This document shows, one piece after another, positions 37,710 through 47,861 of a stretch of 64,000 bases of DNA; within the stretch, counting starts at the first letter, position 1, and each line of letters begins with the position of its first letter. Below the pieces are notes generated by a model. The model was not told the DNA's origin and made no database searches. It saw nothing but the letters and a program-made list of their open reading frames with translations. This DNA comes from Microgenomates group bacterium Gr01-1014_5 (GTDB lineage Bacteria > Patescibacteriota > Microgenomatia > UBA8517 > UBA10165), in the NCBI GenBank assembly GCA_007376395.1, contig VMGE01000004.1, positions 6,431 to 70,430 of the forward strand. Reading direction: 5' to 3'. A program made the translations under genes and the position numbers.

Positions 37710-38095
37710 AAATCAATTACCTCAACGTTCCTCAGGTTTTGGCCATTCACGATCAAGCGGTAAGGAGGTTTGGCGGATCGTTTGGTGTTCGTGATATTGG
37801 TCTTGTTGAGTCGGCTATTGCCAGGCCGCGTGCGACCTATGATGGAAATGACCTTTATCGAGATATTTTTGATAAGACAGCGGCTCTTTTGCAATCTCCT
37901 TTAAAGAATCATCCCTTTATTGATGGCAACAAACGGACAGCCCTGTCTTCAGCTGGCATCTTTCTTAAAATGAATGGGTATAGTTTGCAAAACAAACATG
38001 AAGAAGAAGTGAAATTTGCAATTAAAGTCGATAATGAACACCTAAGTTTAGAACAAATTTCCTCCTGGTTAAAAAAGAATTCAAAGAAAAATTAA
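37706..38095 (+). CDS. doc: Death-on-curing (Doc) toxin
   Basis: NHPFIDGNKRTA; overlaps antitoxin stop. Confidence 0.92.
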   Translation: MKINYLNVPQVLAIHDQAVRRFGGSFGVRDIGLVESAIARPRATYDGNDLYRDIFDKTAALLQSPLKNHPFIDGNKRTALSSAGIFLKMNGYSLQNKHEEEVKFAIKVDNEHLSLEQISSWLKKNSKKN

Positions 38096-38102
38096 CATAG
38101 GT

Positions 38103-38396
38103 TTAACTTATCCTTACACCAATGAAGTCGATCTTGGAAAAATGGGTTCGCACCTCGCTTCTAAATTTGTCTGCTAGATTTCCCGAAAAATTAGAATAAA
38201 CCCCGCGCTCGGTTTTGCCGCAAAGCCGCGCCTCGTGCTCCCGGAGAACCGGCAAAACTCTTTTCCCTACCTTATTGAAGCGGTAAGAGTATGCATCGGG
38301 GTTTTTGACAAAATTGTCGTGTATAACCTTGAAAGAAGCAAAAAGTTCTTTATTTTGCTCAAGCATTTCCTGGACTGCCTTTTTGTATCTTGTCAC
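38103..38396 (-). CDS. Hypothetical protein
   Basis: Compact ORF ending IDFIGV. Confidence 0.65.
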   Translation of the reverse strand: MTRYKKAVQEMLEQNKELFASFKVIHDNFVKNPDAYSYRFNKVGKRVLPVLREHEARLCGKTERGVYSNFSGNLADKFRSEVRTHFSKIDFIGVRIS

Positions 38397-38434
38397 GAAA
38401 TGTATTGTATCAGACGGGAGAGAAATGGAGTTAA

Positions 38435-38908
38435 TTATCCGGCAAAAATGCCAATTAAGTTTGCTTTGCGAACCATTTTTCTAAATTCTTCTTCTGAGTA
38501 GACGACGTCATGATGTTTGACTGTAACCCTAAAACCCTGATCTGATAATATACGTTTTGTTTTATCTGTTTTACTAAGCGAATTATTAAAAATACCTCCT
38601 ACAAGAGACTGAGCAGGGTATGCACGCGGTAGGGCATATGTATCAGTAGTTTGCGTAAAGCTTATCCTTTTGCCCCATAATCCCTTTGCCGTAAATTTTG
38701 TGTAGTATTCCCATTCGTCATACCCTCTGGGCAATGATATTTGTTCATCCGGTTGGACAAGAACTTTTCTTTCGCCGATTTGTGCCAGAACTTCCTTTGC
38801 TCTTGCTAACCGCGCGACTTCAATAAAATCCCCAAGGGTTCCTATTTTTATTTCTGGGCGGAAATGTTCTACAACAGTTTGTCTAAATCTTTCTAACCTT
38901 CCAGCCAT
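38435..38908 (-). CDS. Hypothetical protein
   Basis: TATAAT just upstream of MAGRL start. Confidence 0.6.
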   Translation of the reverse strand: MAGRLERFRQTVVEHFRPEIKIGTLGDFIEVARLARAKEVLAQIGERKVLVQPDEQISLPRGYDEWEYYTKFTAKGLWGKRISFTQTTDTYALPRAYPAQSLVGGIFNNSLSKTDKTKRILSDQGFRVTVKHHDVVYSEEEFRKMVRKANLIGIFAG

Positions 38909-38994
38909 GCAAGGATTATACTCCGGCAAACAGGCATAGTCAAAAAAACTGCAAATGTTTGACAATTAAAATGGAGTGCCTATACTATGAGACT

Positions 38995-39555
38995 ATGGAA
39001 CTTATACTAGGTAATGTTCTTGAAGGTGTTAACCCGGAAAATCTATCTTCACGCGCAATGTGGAATAAGATCAATGCAATTATTGATGTTGATCAAGAAG
39101 CGGCAAGAAGCTTTGCAGGGGTAATGGTTCACCCAACTCTTAAAGGAAAAACAAAGCAGGAAATTATAGAAGGTTTGAAACAGAGAGGTGGAGATTTAAT
39201 AAGAACAAGTGTTATGACAGGACATCTCGAAACATGCTTAGATTGCGGAAAGCATTATGTAGCCGGTTCAATTGAATTAGAACGGGTAATGCCGGATGAT
39301 TCTACCCAAAATCCATATATAGAAAGAGGGCCAAATTACACAAGAGTTACATCGTTCGTAGATGCAATAAATTGGAAAAGGAAAAGAAAAGACCAGAGAA
39401 CATTTTCTATTCCCGCTGCTGTAGGACACGCAATGCAAATACATAATAGTTGTGCAGCAAGGTTTAGGGCGCCAGCCAGCGAAGATTACCCTGTACTTGT
39501 TAATAAGACGTCGAGTATAAACCCCCATGAACTTAAGACATTTTTAGGGGTATAA
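38995..39555 (+). CDS. Hypothetical protein
   Basis: TTGACA/TATACT upstream; CLDCG. Confidence 0.6.
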   Translation: MELILGNVLEGVNPENLSSRAMWNKINAIIDVDQEAARSFAGVMVHPTLKGKTKQEIIEGLKQRGGDLIRTSVMTGHLETCLDCGKHYVAGSIELERVMPDDSTQNPYIERGPNYTRVTSFVDAINWKRKRKDQRTFSIPAAVGHAMQIHNSCAARFRAPASEDYPVLVNKTSSINPHELKTFLGV

Positions 39556-39572
39556 TATCTCTACCTTTCTAA

Positions 39573-39989
39573 ATGAAAAAGTATTTAATTATTCTGCTTC
39601 TTGTAACGTCAGGCGTTTTGGCTTTTGGAGGTAATAACTTTGCATTTTTGAAATCAACATTGTCTCCCGCTATGCCAGCTTCCGAAGTTGCCCGCGAGGT
39701 GAAGAAAGCAACTGTCGAAATTGTCGATAGAGGTGAGTTGCGAAAATATCCGGATCTTGAGTTTAAAGAGGGTGAAACAGCGCTTGGCTTAACCCGCTTA
39801 GTCGTGGAAGTTGAGACCAAAGGGGAAGGGGAACAAGCATTTGTAACCGCAATTAGCGGAAAGTTAGCCGATTCGGTCAAGAAAGAATTTTGGTCGTTTT
39901 TAGTCAACGGTAAAATGGCAGAGACAGGGGCGGGAAGTTATAAAGTGCAAAATGGCGACACAATTACTTGGAAGATATCCACATTTTGA
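39573..39989 (+). CDS. DUF4430 (transcobalamin C-terminal-like) protein
   Basis: FVTAISG..EFWSFLVNGKMAETGAGSY..GDTITW. Confidence 0.8.
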   Translation: MKKYLIILLLVTSGVLAFGGNNFAFLKSTLSPAMPASEVAREVKKATVEIVDRGELRKYPDLEFKEGETALGLTRLVVEVETKGEGEQAFVTAISGKLADSVKKEFWSFLVNGKMAETGAGSYKVQNGDTITWKISTF

Positions 39990-40507
39990 TGTTAATTTAC
40001 GGACTTATTGCACTAGGCGCGTTATTTAGAATCGTTTCGCACCTTTCTGGATTTGAAATTTTTCCACCAAACTTTGCGCCGATTGGGGCAATGGCTCTCT
40101 TTGGCGGTTTTTACCTTCCGCGGAAGATGAGTATAGTTATGCCGCTCGCGGCTATGTTTATCTCGGATTTAGTTATCGGATTTTACTCGCTTCCCGTAAT
40201 GTTCTCAGTTTACATAAGTTTTATTTTAATTAACTTTATTGGACAAGCACTGAGACAAAAGAAAAACACAGTTTTGACTTTTGGCGGGGTAATTAGTTCT
40301 TCTGTTTTGTTCTTTTTAGTTACAAACTTTGCTGTTTGGGCAATACCGAATTCTATGTACAGCCACAACTTCCAAGGATTACTCGCAAGCTATATTGCAG
40401 GTTTGCCATTTTTGAAATTTACTTTAGCAGGAGACCTTTTCTTTAATGGTTTGTTTTTTACAGCCTATGCTTTAGGAAGCCAGAAGAAGTTTTTAAGAGC
40501 TTTTTAG
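39989..40507 (+). CDS. DUF6580-like membrane transport protein
   Basis: PPNFAPIGAMALFGG, FFLVTNFAVW, YIAGLPF..TLAGDL. Confidence 0.8.
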   Translation: MLIYGLIALGALFRIVSHLSGFEIFPPNFAPIGAMALFGGFYLPRKMSIVMPLAAMFISDLVIGFYSLPVMFSVYISFILINFIGQALRQKKNTVLTFGGVISSSVLFFLVTNFAVWAIPNSMYSHNFQGLLASYIAGLPFLKFTLAGDLFFNGLFFTAYALGSQKKFLRAF

Positions 40508-40560
40508 GGTTTGTAAATTGATATGTAGAGAAAGTTGCAAACGTAGCATATAATTCCTAC

Positions 40561-41694
40561 ATGAGTTTAGAAAACAGAATCGGGATTGTTGGCGGCGGTC
40601 AGTTGGGTCGAATGATGACTTTGGATGCCAAGCGTTTGGGATTTGAGGTAATAGTGGTTGACTCAACACCAAACAGTCCCGCAAAGCAAGTTGGCGCTGA
40701 GCAGATTGTTGCACCTCTTACAGACGAAGCCGCAACAAGGCAATTGGCTGAGGTTTCCGACTTTCTCACTTTTGAAATAGAACACATTAACACAGACGTG
40801 CTTCGTGAACTAAGAGAAAGTGGAATAAGAGTAAATCCTTCTCCGGAAACATTAGAGACGATTAAAGATAAGTTAAATCAAAAACGATTTCTTCAAGGTT
40901 GGGGTATACCAGTTGTTGAGTTCTCCGAAGTGACCGACAGAGACGGAGCATTGGAAGTAGCCAGTTTGTTTGGTTTTCCCTTTGTTCTCAAGTCTCGTTT
41001 TGGCGGTTACGACGGGAGGGGGAATTTGGTGGTTATGGACGGAAAGGAGCTTGATTGGGCTCTGGAAAAATTTGGAAAGCAACCGCTCTATGCAGAGAGA
41101 TACGTTCGTCTTGAAAAAGAGCTAGCTATAATGGTTGCCAGAAGCATGAGTGGGGAAATAGTGACTTATCCTGTAGTTGAAACTATTCATAGAAACAACA
41201 TCTGCCATATCGTGCTTGCTCCTGCGCCTGTTGACATAAAGGTATATCAACAAGCGGAGAATATTAGTAGGGAAATAATGCGACATCTTAAAGGAGCCGG
41301 TGTGTTTGGAATCGAGATGTTTATGACAAGAGACGGAGAGGTTCTTGTCAATGAATTAGCGCCTCGTGTACATAATTCCGGTCATTATACAATTGAGGCT
41401 TGCAGAACCTCGCAGTTTGAACAGCATGTGCGGGCAATAACAGGCCTGCCGCTTGGTAGTACAGAGATGACAGTGCCGGCCGCTGTAATGGTAAATATTT
41501 TAGGCGATAGACAAGGGAAAGCTCAGGTTCTTGGCCTTAACGAAGTATTAAAAATCCGTAACGCAGGTGTGCACATCTACGGGAAGGCAGAAACAAAACC
41601 AGAGAGGAAAATGGGCCATATTACCGTAGTTGCAGACAGTATCGAAGAAGCTCGAAGAAACGCCGAATTAGCAAGAAGTTTAATTTCAATTTAA
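40561..41694 (+). CDS. purK: N5-CAIR synthetase
   Basis: GGGQLGRM, GYDGRG, NELAPRVHNSGH, RKMGHIT. Confidence 0.97.
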   Translation: MSLENRIGIVGGGQLGRMMTLDAKRLGFEVIVVDSTPNSPAKQVGAEQIVAPLTDEAATRQLAEVSDFLTFEIEHINTDVLRELRESGIRVNPSPETLETIKDKLNQKRFLQGWGIPVVEFSEVTDRDGALEVASLFGFPFVLKSRFGGYDGRGNLVVMDGKELDWALEKFGKQPLYAERYVRLEKELAIMVARSMSGEIVTYPVVETIHRNNICHIVLAPAPVDIKVYQQAENISREIMRHLKGAGVFGIEMFMTRDGEVLVNELAPRVHNSGHYTIEACRTSQFEQHVRAITGLPLGSTEMTVPAAVMVNILGDRQGKAQVLGLNEVLKIRNAGVHIYGKAETKPERKMGHITVVADSIEEARRNAELARSLISI

Positions 41695-41736
41695 ACATAA
41701 TTTGACAGAGAGTAAAAATTTGCTTATTGTTAAACA

Positions 41737-42699
41737 ATGCCCAAGAACTCTAAAACACAAGCCGGTATAGTTCACTTACTAACACTTCTTGTCATAGCAG
41801 GATTGGGTTTATTTGTTGCAGGTAATATTCCAACCACGAAAAATCTAGCTTCAACCCAAAGCGTTTTAGGAGAAAACGAAGAAGCTAAAAAGGCTGAAGA
41901 ACAGGCAAAAGAAGTAGCCAAGAAAACAGAAGAACGGCAAAAAGAAGACAGTAAATCAAATTCTGGTTCGGGAAACCCTAAAAAATCTGAGTCAGAAACT
42001 ATTTCTTCAACAGGCACAAAATCGAAAACCAAGATAGAAGGTAATAAGCAAGAAACAGAGATAGAAACTGCCGATGGGCAAAAAATCAAGACAAAGGTCG
42101 AAGACGACGGTACTGCAAAGGTAGAAATTGAGCGCGGTCAGCTTAAGGTAAAGTATGTATTCGAAAACGGTGTGTTAAAACTAAAGGCGGAGAATGAAAG
42201 TGGCAAAGAAGTGGAATTGGAAGACGACGAGCTTGACGAAGTTGAATCAGAGCTGGAAGACGATGGAATTAAAATTGCCTCAGCCTCAGGCAGACCTGTT
42301 CTTTCGAGAAATAAAATTGGAGCGCAAACCGATTTCCCGCTTTCAATTGATATTGGAACCAATCAGTTGATAGTTAGTACTCCGGCAGGGCAAAAAGTAG
42401 TTACAGTTTTACCCGATCAGGCGGTGCAAAATTTACTGGCGACTAATATTATAAATAGTGTAGATTCTACAGGCACGGATGCTGCAGGAGAGTTGGGGGC
42501 GTTGGATAGCGTAGTAAAGCTGGAGATGAGAAACGACGAAGTTGTCTATAGGGTCAAGGGAGTAAAGACACGAAGATTATTTGGGTTGTTTAGCGTCAAC
42601 AATTCCACCACTGTCTTTGTGTCTAGTGAAAGCGGACTGCCTGTTGCCCAAGAACAATCTTTGCTGGCTAATATAGTCGACTCCCTTTCTCCTCAATAA
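41737..42699 (+). CDS. Hypothetical secreted protein
   Basis: Pilin-like QAGIVHLL N-terminus, LPDQAV motif. Confidence 0.7.
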   Translation: MPKNSKTQAGIVHLLTLLVIAGLGLFVAGNIPTTKNLASTQSVLGENEEAKKAEEQAKEVAKKTEERQKEDSKSNSGSGNPKKSESETISSTGTKSKTKIEGNKQETEIETADGQKIKTKVEDDGTAKVEIERGQLKVKYVFENGVLKLKAENESGKEVELEDDELDEVESELEDDGIKIASASGRPVLSRNKIGAQTDFPLSIDIGTNQLIVSTPAGQKVVTVLPDQAVQNLLATNIINSVDSTGTDAAGELGALDSVVKLEMRNDEVVYRVKGVKTRRLFGLFSVNNSTTVFVSSESGLPVAQEQSLLANIVDSLSPQ

Positions 42700-42704
42700 C
42701 CTTC

Positions 42705-42923
42705 TTAAGGTAGTTTTGAAGTAATTTCTTCGATTTCCGGATAGCGGCCTTGTTCATGTTTTGAAAAAACCAGTTTGTCGTTTACCCAAACATCAAACAC
42801 GCCTCGGTCGCCTTCAACAAGTTCAACCTCACCCCCTTTTTCTTCTAGAGCTTTTTTAAATTCTTCTGCTTTAGCAAGGTATCCGCACGGAACACAGTAC
42901 TTAATTTTAATTTTTGTTGTCAT
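42705..42923 (-). CDS. Rdx (SelT/SelW/SelH) family protein
   Basis: IKYCVPCGY, GVFDV, LVFSK..GRYP. Confidence 0.88.
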   Translation of the reverse strand: MTTKIKIKYCVPCGYLAKAEEFKKALEEKGGEVELVEGDRGVFDVWVNDKLVFSKHEQGRYPEIEEITSKLP

Positions 42924-42956
42924 AAGTAATTATAGTATTATTTACTCAAGATATAT

Positions 42957-44066
42957 ATGGCTGGAAAACCAATAACATATGCATCAACAGGCGTCAATTA
43001 TGGCGCCATGGATCCTTTTAAAAGATTAGCTCAACTTCGAGCTAGAGCCACCGCTCGAAACCTTGAACGCTTTGGCATGAGAGAAGTAGAAGCAAGCCGC
43101 GGTGAATCAGCTTATGTTTGGGAAGAGCCTGATAGTTTTAGAGCATTTGTTATAGAAGGGTTAGGAACTAAAAATAGAGTTGCAGATGAAACGAGAAAAA
43201 TAACTGGTAAAACTTATTATGATGCGCTTGCTCAAGATACAGTTGCCATGATTGTAAATGACTTAATTGTGGTTGGAGCAGAACCCCAAGTAATTAATGC
43301 TTATTTTGCGGTGGGAAGTTCAGACTGGTTTTTAGACGAAGAACGGGCAAGAGATTTAGTTGAAGGCTGGGCTAAGGCGTGTAGTCTTGCCGGAGCAGTT
43401 TGGGGAGGTGGAGAAACACCTACATTAAAAGGAATTATAGAACCTGATACTATTGATTTATCTGGTTCGGCTGTTGGCATAATAAAGCCCAAAGAGCGTT
43501 TAACATTAGGAGAAAAATTAACTCCAGGTGACGCGATTTTATTGGTTGAAAGTAGTGGAATTCATGCAAATAGCTTAACTCTGGTCAGAAAAATTGCCTC
43601 AAAACTTCCTGATGGGTATGCAACTCCTTTACCGGGTGGAATTAGCTATGGTGAATCCATCCTTGCCCCTACACACATTTATGCAGGTTTGGTAAGAGAT
43701 TTATTTGAAGCGGAGATAGACATTCATTATATGGTCAATATTACAGGTCATGGTTGGAGAAAATTGATGAGGGCTACCAGAGATTTGAGTTATGTAATTG
43801 ACCAAATTCCAGAACCTCAGCCTGTTTTTGGGTTTATTCAAAAACACTCGGGTAATGACGATACTGAGATGTATGGAAATTTCAACATGGGAGCAGGTTT
43901 TGCAATCTTTTTACCGGAAAAGGCTGTTGGATTGGCTCAACAAATTGCTGTGGAAAACCATTCACTGAGTTCATTAAGGGCAGGTTGTGTCGAAGAAGGG
44001 CAAAAACAGGTTGTTATCCGACCCAAAAATGTAATTTTCAAAGGCGAGACACTAGGTGTTCGTTAA
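42957..44066 (+). CDS. purM: AIR synthetase
   Basis: TYASTGVN, GGETP, SSGIHAN, NITGHG, FNMGAG. Confidence 0.95.
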   Translation: MAGKPITYASTGVNYGAMDPFKRLAQLRARATARNLERFGMREVEASRGESAYVWEEPDSFRAFVIEGLGTKNRVADETRKITGKTYYDALAQDTVAMIVNDLIVVGAEPQVINAYFAVGSSDWFLDEERARDLVEGWAKACSLAGAVWGGGETPTLKGIIEPDTIDLSGSAVGIIKPKERLTLGEKLTPGDAILLVESSGIHANSLTLVRKIASKLPDGYATPLPGGISYGESILAPTHIYAGLVRDLFEAEIDIHYMVNITGHGWRKLMRATRDLSYVIDQIPEPQPVFGFIQKHSGNDDTEMYGNFNMGAGFAIFLPEKAVGLAQQIAVENHSLSSLRAGCVEEGQKQVVIRPKNVIFKGETLGVR

Positions 44067-44152
44067 GCTTCTAACATACTCCTCCATCAGTACCGCAAGA
44101 ACCGCCAAAGTTTTTTGTTGTCAAGAACTGGTTCAAATGAGATAATACGCGC

Positions 44153-44683
44153 ATGCAGCTAAAAAATGTTTTTGCCTTTATTGACGCCCAAAATTTAAAT
44201 CTTGGGGTACGCTCGCAGGGGTGGAAGTTGGACTGGCGTAAGTTCAGACAATATCTACGCCATAAATATGTTGTGGTTAAGGCATATCTTTTTATTGGTC
44301 AAGTAGCCGGAAACGAAGCTTTATACACCTTTTTACAGGAAAGTGGCTATATTTTAATTTTCAAACCCACGATGGAGCTACCCGATAAGATGGTAAAGGG
44401 AAATGTCGATGCGGAGCTGGTTTTACATTCGATGATACAGTATAAGAATTATAGTAAGGCCATTATTGTTTCAGGAGACGGAGATTTTCATTGTTTAGTT
44501 GAGTACTTAGATCAGCAAGGGAAACTTCTACACATTCTCACCCCAAATAGACACTATTCTGGACTTTTGAGAAAATTTAACCAACATGTAGTACGAGTAG
44601 ATCTGCTTAGAAGCTCTTTAGAATTAAGCGGAGCTTTTCTTCGAATAAAAAAGACCGAGATCAGCGGTCGGTCGAAACCTTAG
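44153..44683 (+). CDS. NYN domain (LabA/DUF88) PIN-like nuclease
   Basis: FIDAQNL, KGNVDAEL, VSGDGDF. Confidence 0.9.
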   Translation: MQLKNVFAFIDAQNLNLGVRSQGWKLDWRKFRQYLRHKYVVVKAYLFIGQVAGNEALYTFLQESGYILIFKPTMELPDKMVKGNVDAELVLHSMIQYKNYSKAIIVSGDGDFHCLVEYLDQQGKLLHILTPNRHYSGLLRKFNQHVVRVDLLRSSLELSGAFLRIKKTEISGRSKP

Positions 44684-44760
44684 GCTGCTTAGCTCGGTCA
44701 TCGTGATAATAGTATGATACTACAAATATATAGGAAAATCAAGTTAGAAGGGCTAGAAAC

Positions 44761-45069
44761 ATGAGTCTAAAAGTTGGGATAGTAGGTTTGCCAAATGTTG
44801 GGAAAAGCACGTTGTTTAACGCACTCTTAAAAAAACAACAGGCATATGTTGCGAATTTTCCGTTTGCTACCATTGAGCCGAATGTCGGTATTGTTCCGGT
44901 TCCTGACGCAAGGCTGGATGAATTGGCGCGAGTTGTCATGGCCTCTGAAAACATGGGAAGCGTACCACCTAAAGTTCCCGCAACCGTAGAGTTTGTTGAT
45001 ATCGCAGGCCTAATTGCCGGCGCACACAAAGGCGAAGGTTTGGGTAATAAATTTTTAACTCTAAATTAA
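44761..45069 (+). pseudogene. ychF: Truncated 5' copy of ychF
   Basis: [15 protein letters not shown]...GEGLGNKFL then breaks. Confidence 0.9.
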
Positions 45070-45338
45070 TTAGCTTTTATATTAAACAAAATTATAGTGT
45101 CCTTGGAATTGATGGTGGGATAAATTTTACTACTGATCTGATTGATAAACTACCCTTTCCAGACTTTAACCCAAAAGACACAAAAAATAGAATTATTGAG
45201 TTAACTAATAATATTTTGAATTCTAAAGTTGAAGGTAAGGTAAAAATATTCAAATCTCAGATTGATGAATTGATTTACAAACTCTACGGCCTCACGTCGG
45301 AAGAAATTGCAATTGTGGAAAATTCAAATAATAAATAA
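45054..45338 (+). pseudogene. C-terminal fragment of type IIG/TaqI-like restriction-modification enzyme
   Basis: NSKLISFY...KLPFP...IDELIYKLYGLTSEEIAIVE*; no start. Confidence 0.75.
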
Positions 45339-45343
45339 TTTTT

Positions 45344-45691
45344 ATGTCAAACAAATATGGCATTTCTGAAAAAGAATTAATAAAGATTAGGGAAAGAGAC
45401 AAGACTTGTGTGTATTGTCACAAAGTAATGATCGATCCTAGATCAAGGGGTAGGCGAATCGATTGGGCGACAATTGAACATTTAAACTTTATGCCCCCAT
45501 GGAACAACGCTTCTACTGTTGCAATCTGCTGTTGGAGTTGTAACTCAAGTCGTGGTAGCAAGAAATTGTTGGATTGGTTTAAAGGAGAATATTGTTTGAT
45601 TAAGAAAATAAATGAAAAGACTGTAGCCAAGCCCGTCAGAGAATTTATCAAAGTTCAAGTAAAATCGGTATTGACAATATTATCGAATTAG
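45344..45691 (+). CDS. HNH endonuclease
   Basis: RDKTCVYC, TIEH, CCWSCNSSRG. Confidence 0.85.
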   Translation: MSNKYGISEKELIKIRERDKTCVYCHKVMIDPRSRGRRIDWATIEHLNFMPPWNNASTVAICCWSCNSSRGSKKLLDWFKGEYCLIKKINEKTVAKPVREFIKVQVKSVLTILSN

Positions 45692-45727
45692 TGTAATATC
45701 GATAACAAGGAAATACTAATTATCGAT

Positions 45728-46912
45728 ATGAATATTATTAATAATCGAGCAGGTATATACAAAAAAATCTTATCAGGGAATATTGCATACAAAGCATTTG
45801 TTCCTAATTTTTTGCCACTCTATCCGTCAATAAAGATGGATGACACGATTCAAATGCTATTATCTAACGCGGATAGAGCGATAGGTGGCCTTAATATAGT
45901 TACCGAACTATTGCCGGATTCAGATTATTTTATCCTTTCGTATTTAAGAAAAGAAGCTACTTTATCAAGCCAAATTGAAGGTACAAAAGCTACCTTTATT
46001 GATGTTGCTAAAGCAGAGGCAGGAGAGATAGATAGAGAAACTCCTCAGGATTACCCTGAAATCGTTAATTATATTAATGCTATAAATTATGGACTAAAAA
46101 GAATTCGTGAAGATGATTTTCCTATGGCATTACGTTTACTTAGAGAGATTCATGAAAGAATTTTAAAAGAAGTTCGTGGTCAATATAAAACTCCGGGAGA
46201 ATTTAGAAAATCACAAAATTGGATTGGCGGTGCATCTATCAACACAGCATCATATATACCTCCAACGGCTGAGGATATGAACGCAGCACTAGATAACTTG
46301 GAAAATTTTATGAACGACAAAAAACCAATGCCCGTACTAATTAGAATAGGATTAATTCATTCACAGTTCGAAACAATTCATCCCTTTTTAGATGGAAATG
46401 GTAGAGTTGGAAGACTCATGATTACTTTATTGTTATGCCATTATGGTTTGTTACCAAAACCAGCCCTTTATTTATCAGAGTATTTCAAAGCTTTTAGGAA
46501 TGAGTATTACGATAGATTAAACGCTGTACACGAAAAGGGAGATTTTGAAGGTTGGTTAAAATACTTTTTAGAAGGTGTTTGGTTGGTTGCAGAAGAGGCT
46601 ACAAGTACAGCTATGAAAATTAAAGCTTTAAAGGATAGAGATATTATGAAACTATCGGGTTTAAGCGCTCAAACTTCGCGTAATGCGATTAAATTACTTG
46701 AGAATTTATTTAGTAGCCCTATCATGACAGTGAAAGACGTTTCAAAATACACAGGATTGTCTTATGCTAACGCAAATAACCTTGTTAAAAAGTTAATAGA
46801 TTTAAAAATACTAGAACCTCTTGTTGAAAGAAAAAGGAACAGAGTTTTTGCTTATTCTGAGTATATGAACCTATTTAAAAATAGAGAATCTTATAAAAGA
46901 CAATTAAACTAA
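45728..46912 (+). CDS. Fic family protein with C-terminal HTH
   Basis: SSQIEG inhibitory motif, HPFLDGNGRVGR. Confidence 0.93.
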   Translation: MNIINNRAGIYKKILSGNIAYKAFVPNFLPLYPSIKMDDTIQMLLSNADRAIGGLNIVTELLPDSDYFILSYLRKEATLSSQIEGTKATFIDVAKAEAGEIDRETPQDYPEIVNYINAINYGLKRIREDDFPMALRLLREIHERILKEVRGQYKTPGEFRKSQNWIGGASINTASYIPPTAEDMNAALDNLENFMNDKKPMPVLIRIGLIHSQFETIHPFLDGNGRVGRLMITLLLCHYGLLPKPALYLSEYFKAFRNEYYDRLNAVHEKGDFEGWLKYFLEGVWLVAEEATSTAMKIKALKDRDIMKLSGLSAQTSRNAIKLLENLFSSPIMTVKDVSKYTGLSYANANNLVKKLIDLKILEPLVERKRNRVFAYSEYMNLFKNRESYKRQLN

Positions 46913-46982
46913 TATGTCTAAATATTACCCTCCAAACAGAACACAGGAAGATATTTAGCTTCATAACTGATAAAATACTCAA

Positions 46983-47027
46983 ATGTCATTAAAAGTTGGG
47001 ATACGCCACACGCTATCCTATCTTTAG
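46983..47027 (+). pseudogene. ychF: Second ychF 5' stub (7 codons)
   Basis: TAAAAT-actcaa-ATG TCA TTA AAA GTT GGG ATA = MSLKVGI, then unrelated sequence. Confidence 0.7.
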
Positions 47028-47143
47028 ACTTCAGCTTCAAATTCTCACTTCCTGATCCTAAAAAGCAAAGGATTATTCTTCAGAGAGACGCTAAAGGTCG
47101 AATTTTACATTCAACTACTCAAACCTAAGCTTTTTGTCTAGTC

Positions 47144-47818
47144 TTATTCTGATATTTTCCAACGTTCTGTATCAACTAAAATTATTTTTGGTTGTTCGCT
47201 GGTGATTATGTATCCAAAATTGTCAGTATCAAAAACTCCCACTTCGTGTAATTTATCGACGATTTCATTATATTCCTTTTCCCAACTGGTTCCCCTCATT
47301 TCAAAACGGGGAGAATTTGATAGAGTTGGATAATATCTATATATCATATAGTTCTTTGTTGAATTAGCATCAGTATAATAAGCTAGTAATTGCTCTACTG
47401 GCAAATCTTCAGAATAGGCTTGCTTATAGCGTTTACTGGCTTCATTGACGATTCTAATTTGAGCTAATGGAATATTTGCCTCTAAGCGTCTCTTATACCA
47501 AGGTTCCCCTTTTTCGTTGTGGACGTCATAAGTAGAATATGCCATCTCTTTCACTAGAATTTCTGTATTACCAATTGAAAACTTTTCTACTCTCCTGGTT
47601 GATTTGCTTATTTCTTCTCCACCCTTATTTTTCCAATTAAGTGGAATTCCATTTTTTCGCCAAGGTGTTTCTGCTAATAATAGTTCCTGAAAATCTGCAG
47701 ATAAATCAGGTGGAAGAGATTTTAATACGAATAGATGTCCATCAGTGAATTTGACCCTTTCGAAATGAGGCCACTGAATCGTTGGAGTTGTATTATCGAC
47801 ACCCTCTGACATAATCAC
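47144..47818 (-). CDS. Hypothetical protein, possible kinase-like fold
   Basis: ILVKE, LHEVGVFD..N, ILVDTE. Confidence 0.55.
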   Translation of the reverse strand: MIMSEGVDNTTPTIQWPHFERVKFTDGHLFVLKSLPPDLSADFQELLLAETPWRKNGIPLNWKNKGGEEISKSTRRVEKFSIGNTEILVKEMAYSTYDVHNEKGEPWYKRRLEANIPLAQIRIVNEASKRYKQAYSEDLPVEQLLAYYTDANSTKNYMIYRYYPTLSNSPRFEMRGTSWEKEYNEIVDKLHEVGVFDTDNFGYIITSEQPKIILVDTERWKISE

Positions 47819-47861
47819 AATTATATATTAAATAATTGTGAAAATTTGATAGAATGATCAA

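Noticed and set aside
39555-39573. Cobalamin riboswitch
   Set aside because: Intergenic gap is only about 17 nt and no B12 box is visible
42705-42923. Selenoprotein
   Set aside because: Motif is CxxC with no in-frame TGA
44653-44708. Hammerhead ribozyme suggested by CGAAAC
   Set aside because: No CTGANGA core on that strand
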